Assembly: GCF_021028975.2 (NCBI RefSeq)
Contig: NC_059429.1
Coordinates: forward strand, 73,780,001 to 73,820,041
DNA length: 40,041 nt
Origin: Sphaerodactylus townsendi
Taxonomy: Eukaryota
Direction: 5' to 3'
Shown in pieces: positions 36,033 through 40,041 of this stretch. The position numbers and the translations under genes were made by a program. Below the pieces are notes generated by a model. The model did no database searches. It had not been told where the DNA came from and saw only the letters and a program-made list of their open reading frames with translations. The number at the start of each line of letters is the position of its first letter. Position 1 is the first letter of the stretch.

Positions 36033-36104
36033 GAAGTGAATGAACTGTGGGCAGGGCTTGGCTACTATTCTCGAGGGAAGCGGCTCCAGGAAGGTGCACA
36101 TAAG
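36033..36104 (+). CDS. MUTYH: MUTYH exon
   Basis: aatag|[24 protein letters not shown]|gtactc; 72 nt. Confidence 0.96.
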
Positions 36105-36995
36105 GTACTCTACAGGCATTGATCAGTCATTGTCCGTATTCATGTAGCTGGTGGTGTTTGGTTGTGGCAAGGGATAAAGGAAGGCTGTTGGCTATCCCCA
36201 GATAGCCACTTCAGAAGGGAGCTGGTGCAGATAATTCGCTCCTGTAATTCTTGTCATCGTTTGTCTAACTAGCGCATAAGAGAGTGGAAAAATGTTCTTA
36301 GATGATAAGATTGGTATCTACAAAGAGCTTACTATTGAAAGACTATGCTGGCCAGCTCCCTGAAGGTAAATGCATAGTTTATAGGTGCTACATGTCCCAA
36401 ATCTTCAAACATGTGTATTACATTTGTGTCCCACCTTCCTGCAAGAATTTTAGAGTATTTAAGATACTCAGAACTGTTGAGTATTTGAGACTATGAAGAA
36501 ATAATTTGGCCATACAGTGAGCTTCCATAGCCAATTGCAGATTTTTCCATATGATGCCTGCAACTGCACAGTGCTGGTACTTTGTTATGCTTGTGTCCTG
36601 CTGGCAGCTTCTTCCCCCTCCCCTGTTAACAACAGCCATGGGATCACTTCCTTATTAAAGGGCTGGTGTGAGCAATAGTATACTGAAAACCCCTGAGCAG
36701 CCCTTCTGACCTTGCTGCCCTTATTCAGCTGCTGTGGGCACAGCTGGCCACTGTCACTTGGTGTGCAGCACAAGGCCCTCCATTGCTCAGCTGACCTTTG
36801 TATAGCTGTCCTTTCCATAGCAGATTTGCTTCCTTTCTTTTGGTTTCAATTGTCCCTTCTTCACTGCTGTGATTGTTGGATTGGCAGTTTTGTGTTTCCA
36901 TATGAATTGGAGATGTAAATAATGAAATTGCCAGGCGATGAAAGTCCATTGGGGAAAAACGTGGGAGTATAAATAAATTCACTGGCTTTTTGCAG

Positions 36996-37109
36996 ATTGT
37001 GTCAGAAATGGCAGGTCATATGCCCAGGACAGCAGAGGACCTGCAGAAGCTGCTGCCAGGAGTTGGGAAGTACACTGCAGGAGCTATTGCATCCATAGCA
37101 TTTGGCCAG
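36996..37109 (+). CDS. MUTYH: MUTYH exon (helix-hairpin-helix)
   Basis: tgcag|[38 protein letters not shown]|gtaagt; 114 nt. Confidence 0.97.
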
Positions 37110-37211
37110 GTAAGTAAGGTACACTATAGTTAGGCAGCTTGGCCTAAGGATGTGCATGAAACTGATGGTACCCCAGACAGGGCCTGACTTGCCTTGATTA
37201 ACCTGAGAACA

Positions 37212-37680
37212 CGCAGGGTCATTTAGTCCAACCCCCTGCTCAAAGCAGGATCAGCCTAGAGCATCCCTGACAAGTGTTTGAAGACTGCCAGGGAGGAGGA
37301 GCCCCCCCCCCCCCCCCCCCCCCGGCAGCCAGTTCCACTGCTGAACTACTCTTAGTGTAAAAAAATTCTTCCTAATATGGTACATTTCTGCCTGTAGTTC
37401 ATACCCATCATTGCAAGTCCTATCCTCTACTGCCAACAGGAACATCTCCTGCCTTTCTCTAAGTGACAGACTTTCAAATACTTAAAGAGAGCAATTTTGC
37501 CCCTCCTCAACCTCTTCTTAGCCAGACTAATCATTCTCAAATCCCTCAACCTTTCCTCTTAGGGCTTAGTCTCCAGGCCCCTGTTCAGCCTCATCACTCT
37601 CCTCTGCACCCACTTCGTTCTGTCCACATCCTTTTGAAACTTGGGTCTCCAGAATCAAACACAGTACAGTACCTCCACCA
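37212..37680 (-). mobile_element. CR1 LINE 3' fragment containing a poly-C run
   Basis: Minus ORF ...EDRTCNDGYELQ...IRKNFFTLRVVQQWNWLP is typical of CR1; C-run at about 37302-37323. Confidence 0.85.
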
Positions 37681-38008
37681 GTTGAGGGGGGTAGACTTCT
37701 CATCTTCTGCCCAACTGCTATATGCAGCTGATTCCACATTTATATGTGTTGGGGAAGTTTTTGGAATGCCCTTAAAGATCATGAATTGAGTTGTAATTTA
37801 ATTCTCTTTGGTAGTCACACAGAAAAATTTAAGAGTGGAAAGATTCAGTGATTTCCTAAAATAATAGGATCTGTTATCCTTCGTATTCATTTTATGAGCA
37901 GAATGGCTTCTTTGCTCTGAGGTAGCCCCTTCCCATGGCAAAGTAACATTTGAACATGAACTGTCATGAGGATAATCACTGATGGTTGCTTTTACTCCAT
38001 GCTTCCAG

Positions 38009-38106
38009 GTGACAGGTGTGGTGGATGGGAATGTAACTCGAGTTCTGTGCCGCGTACGAGCCATTGGTGCTGACCCCACCAATTCTTCTGTTACTGACCA
38101 ATTCTG
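38009..38106 (+). CDS. MUTYH: MUTYH exon (catalytic Asp, VVDGNV)
   Basis: tccag|[32 protein letters not shown](W)|gtaaga; 98 nt. Confidence 0.97.
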
Positions 38107-38374
38107 GTAAGAGAAGGAATGTGGCTGTAATAATGCAGATGTAGCTTTAGGATGCAGTGGTCATATAAAGAGACACATTTTTGCCTCTCATTCTTTATCT
38201 GAAATCCCAGTTGGAGAATAACAGCAGCTACCTGGCAAGATCCAGTGCTTATTTGGATAGTTCTAGCTAGTCCGTTACTGTATGCAGAAGTTTGGGTTTT
38301 TTTAATTGGTCTTCCCTGCTAGTTGCTTAGGCAGAGATTCCTGAGTCTGGACTAGCGACACCCACTGGTATGAT

Positions 38375-39467
38375 CAGGGACGTATGTATAGATTTTTATG
38401 GGGGGTTGGGGTTGGGGCCACACCCCACCCACCCCTAGGGCATGGCCACGCCTCCCCAAGTCCTGCCCCCAGCCTAGCGCTTATAAAAGCAGCTCTCCGA
38501 GGCCAGGGATGGCAGACTCCCCTGCCCTCCCCTGCCCCCCAACAGCTGGGCTTGCAGCCGGCAGTTCCTTCTGCCCTCCCCTCTGGGCAGAGGCATAGAG
38601 GAAAAATGGAGCCCGGTGCAAAATCTGAGTTTTGCACACACACACACACACCCCGGGCAGCCGCTGCGATGCTGGAATTCACCCCCAAACAGCATCACTT
38701 TCAATGGTGTTTAAACTAGAGAGCCCAAATTCTCCTTTTAAATCCACCTTAAAGGGAGAATCTGGGGTCCCCAGTTAAACAACTTTGTAAGTGATGCTGT
38801 TTTGGGGTGGATTATCCCCCACCCTGAAACAGCATCACTTTCAATGTGGCGTAGTGGTTCAGAGCAGGTGCATTCTAATCTGGAGGAACCGGGTTTGATT
38901 CCCTGCTCTGAACTGTGGAGGCTTATCTGGGGAATTCACATTAGCCTGTGAACTCCCACAAACGCCAGCTGGGTGACCTTGGGCTAGTCACAGCTTTTTG
39001 GAGCTCTCTCAGCCCCACCCACCTCACAAGGTGTGTGTTGTGAGGGGAGAAGGGCAAGGAGATTGTAAACTCCTTTGAGTCTCCTACAGGAGAGAAAGGG
39101 GAATATAAATCCAAACTCTTCTTCTTCTAAACTGAGGACCTCAGATTCTCCCTTTAAATCCATGCCGAAGGGGGGTGGATTTAAAAGGAGAATCTGGGGA
39201 AATGTGGGGGGTGCCTGCTGTCAGGGGTGCAATTGTTAAGCTAGAAGCACCAAAATTTCAGGGTATCTTTAGGAGACTCTCCTGATGATACCTCCCAGGT
39301 TTGGTGAAGTTTGGTTCAGGGTGTCCAAAGTTATGGACCCTCAAAGGTGTAGCCCCCATCTCCTATTAGCTCCCATTGAAAACAATGGAGGATGGGGGCA
39401 CCTCCTTTGCGAGTCCATAGCTTTGGACTCCCTGGACCAAACTTCACAAATCCTGGGTGGTATCAGT
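38375..39467. mobile_element. GC-rich composite foldback repeat (probable non-autonomous DNA element) with a nested SINE
   Basis: Internal palindromes at about 38680-38809 and 39295-39456; repeated AAACAGCATCACTTTCAATG and ATTCTCC(C/T)TTTAAATCCA modules. Confidence 0.65.
38846..39128 (+). mobile_element. tRNA-derived squamate SINE with (TCT)n tail
   Basis: A-box TGGCGTAGTGG, B-box GGTTTGATTCC, core gctgggtgaccttgggctagtcac, tail CTCTTCTTCTTCT. Confidence 0.88.
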
Positions 39468-39638
39468 ACTTGTACTTCATTTCCTCAGTCCCTTATTTCT
39501 CACAGAGCTTAACAGGATGCACTTCTCCGCATCCTTCCCCATGATTGGTTATACACAGAGAAGACTTTGGATTTGTTTCAACTGGCTGCCTTGGGCTTTC
39601 CTGTTGTGCTTGCCAATGTAGGTTGCTGTTGGTCTTAG

Positions 39639-39783
39639 GGCTTTGTCACATGCGCTAGTGGATCCAGCCCACCCAGGTGATTTTAACCAAGCTATGATGG
39701 AACTGGGGGCAACGGTGTGCACTCCCAGGGCCCCACTGTGCACGGAGTGTCCAGTGAGGCAACACTGCAGAGCTCACCACAGG
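39639..39783 (+). CDS. MUTYH: MUTYH exon (4Fe-4S cluster loop); gene continues beyond the window
   Basis: cttag|[48 protein letters not shown]|gtaagt; C-x6-C-x2-C-x5-C. Confidence 0.96.
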
Positions 39784-40041
39784 GTAAGTGGATACCTTCC
39801 TCTCTAATGTCTGCCAGGAAGGAATTTATTCTGTGAGGGATTTGGCCCAGATACACACTGCCAAGTGTCCTCCCCAACCACCACTTTGTGTGCACGCACA
39901 TTTTTCTTTGTATTGGGCATGTATTATATGTCTCAATTCTGTTCTAATTTGGGTTGGTTTCAATCTTGGAATTGTGATTAATATTAACATGTGGTTTGTT
40001 GTTGGGGTCATGGGAGTTCTGGAGGCAGCTTTGAGAACCAA

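Noticed and set aside
38374-38719. Overlapping GC-rich ORFs
   Set aside because: Low-complexity repeat sequence in which stop codons are scarce because of composition.
38846-38910. tRNA gene (also considered at 5017-5070)
   Set aside because: A and B boxes are present but there is no full cloverleaf, and the sequence continues into a SINE body.

Overview
Vertebrate nuclear DNA, most likely a squamate reptile (possibly a gecko, inferred from the repeat types), carrying the conserved TESK2-TOE1-MUTYH gene cluster. (1) The 3' part of TESK2 on + has six coding exons from 4266 to 16954 and a 3' UTR of about 2.8 kb. (2) TOE1 on - is complete: seven coding exons from 31662 to 25462, 536 aa. (3) The 5' part of MUTYH on + has nine coding exons from 33089 to 39783 and continues past the window. 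TOE1 and MUTYH are head-to-head around a CpG-enriched bidirectional promoter (about 31750-32820). Introns and the intergenic gap are rich in mobile DNA: a Tigger/pogo derivative, CR1 and L2 fragments, tRNA-derived SINEs, two SPIN-like hAT MITEs, two near-identical 148-bp palindromic hAT-type MITEs carrying ZNF143-type motifs, a solo LTR with a 5-bp TSD, and Penelope-type remnants with decayed hammerhead ribozyme cores. I found no convincing new multi-gene system. The best leads are the young palindromic MITE family, the hammerhead relics, a possible basic N-terminal extension of MUTYH, uORFs in the TOE1 leader, and a possible U12-type splice signal in a TESK2 intron. Gene and repeat family assignments come from recognition of the sequence, not from database searches.
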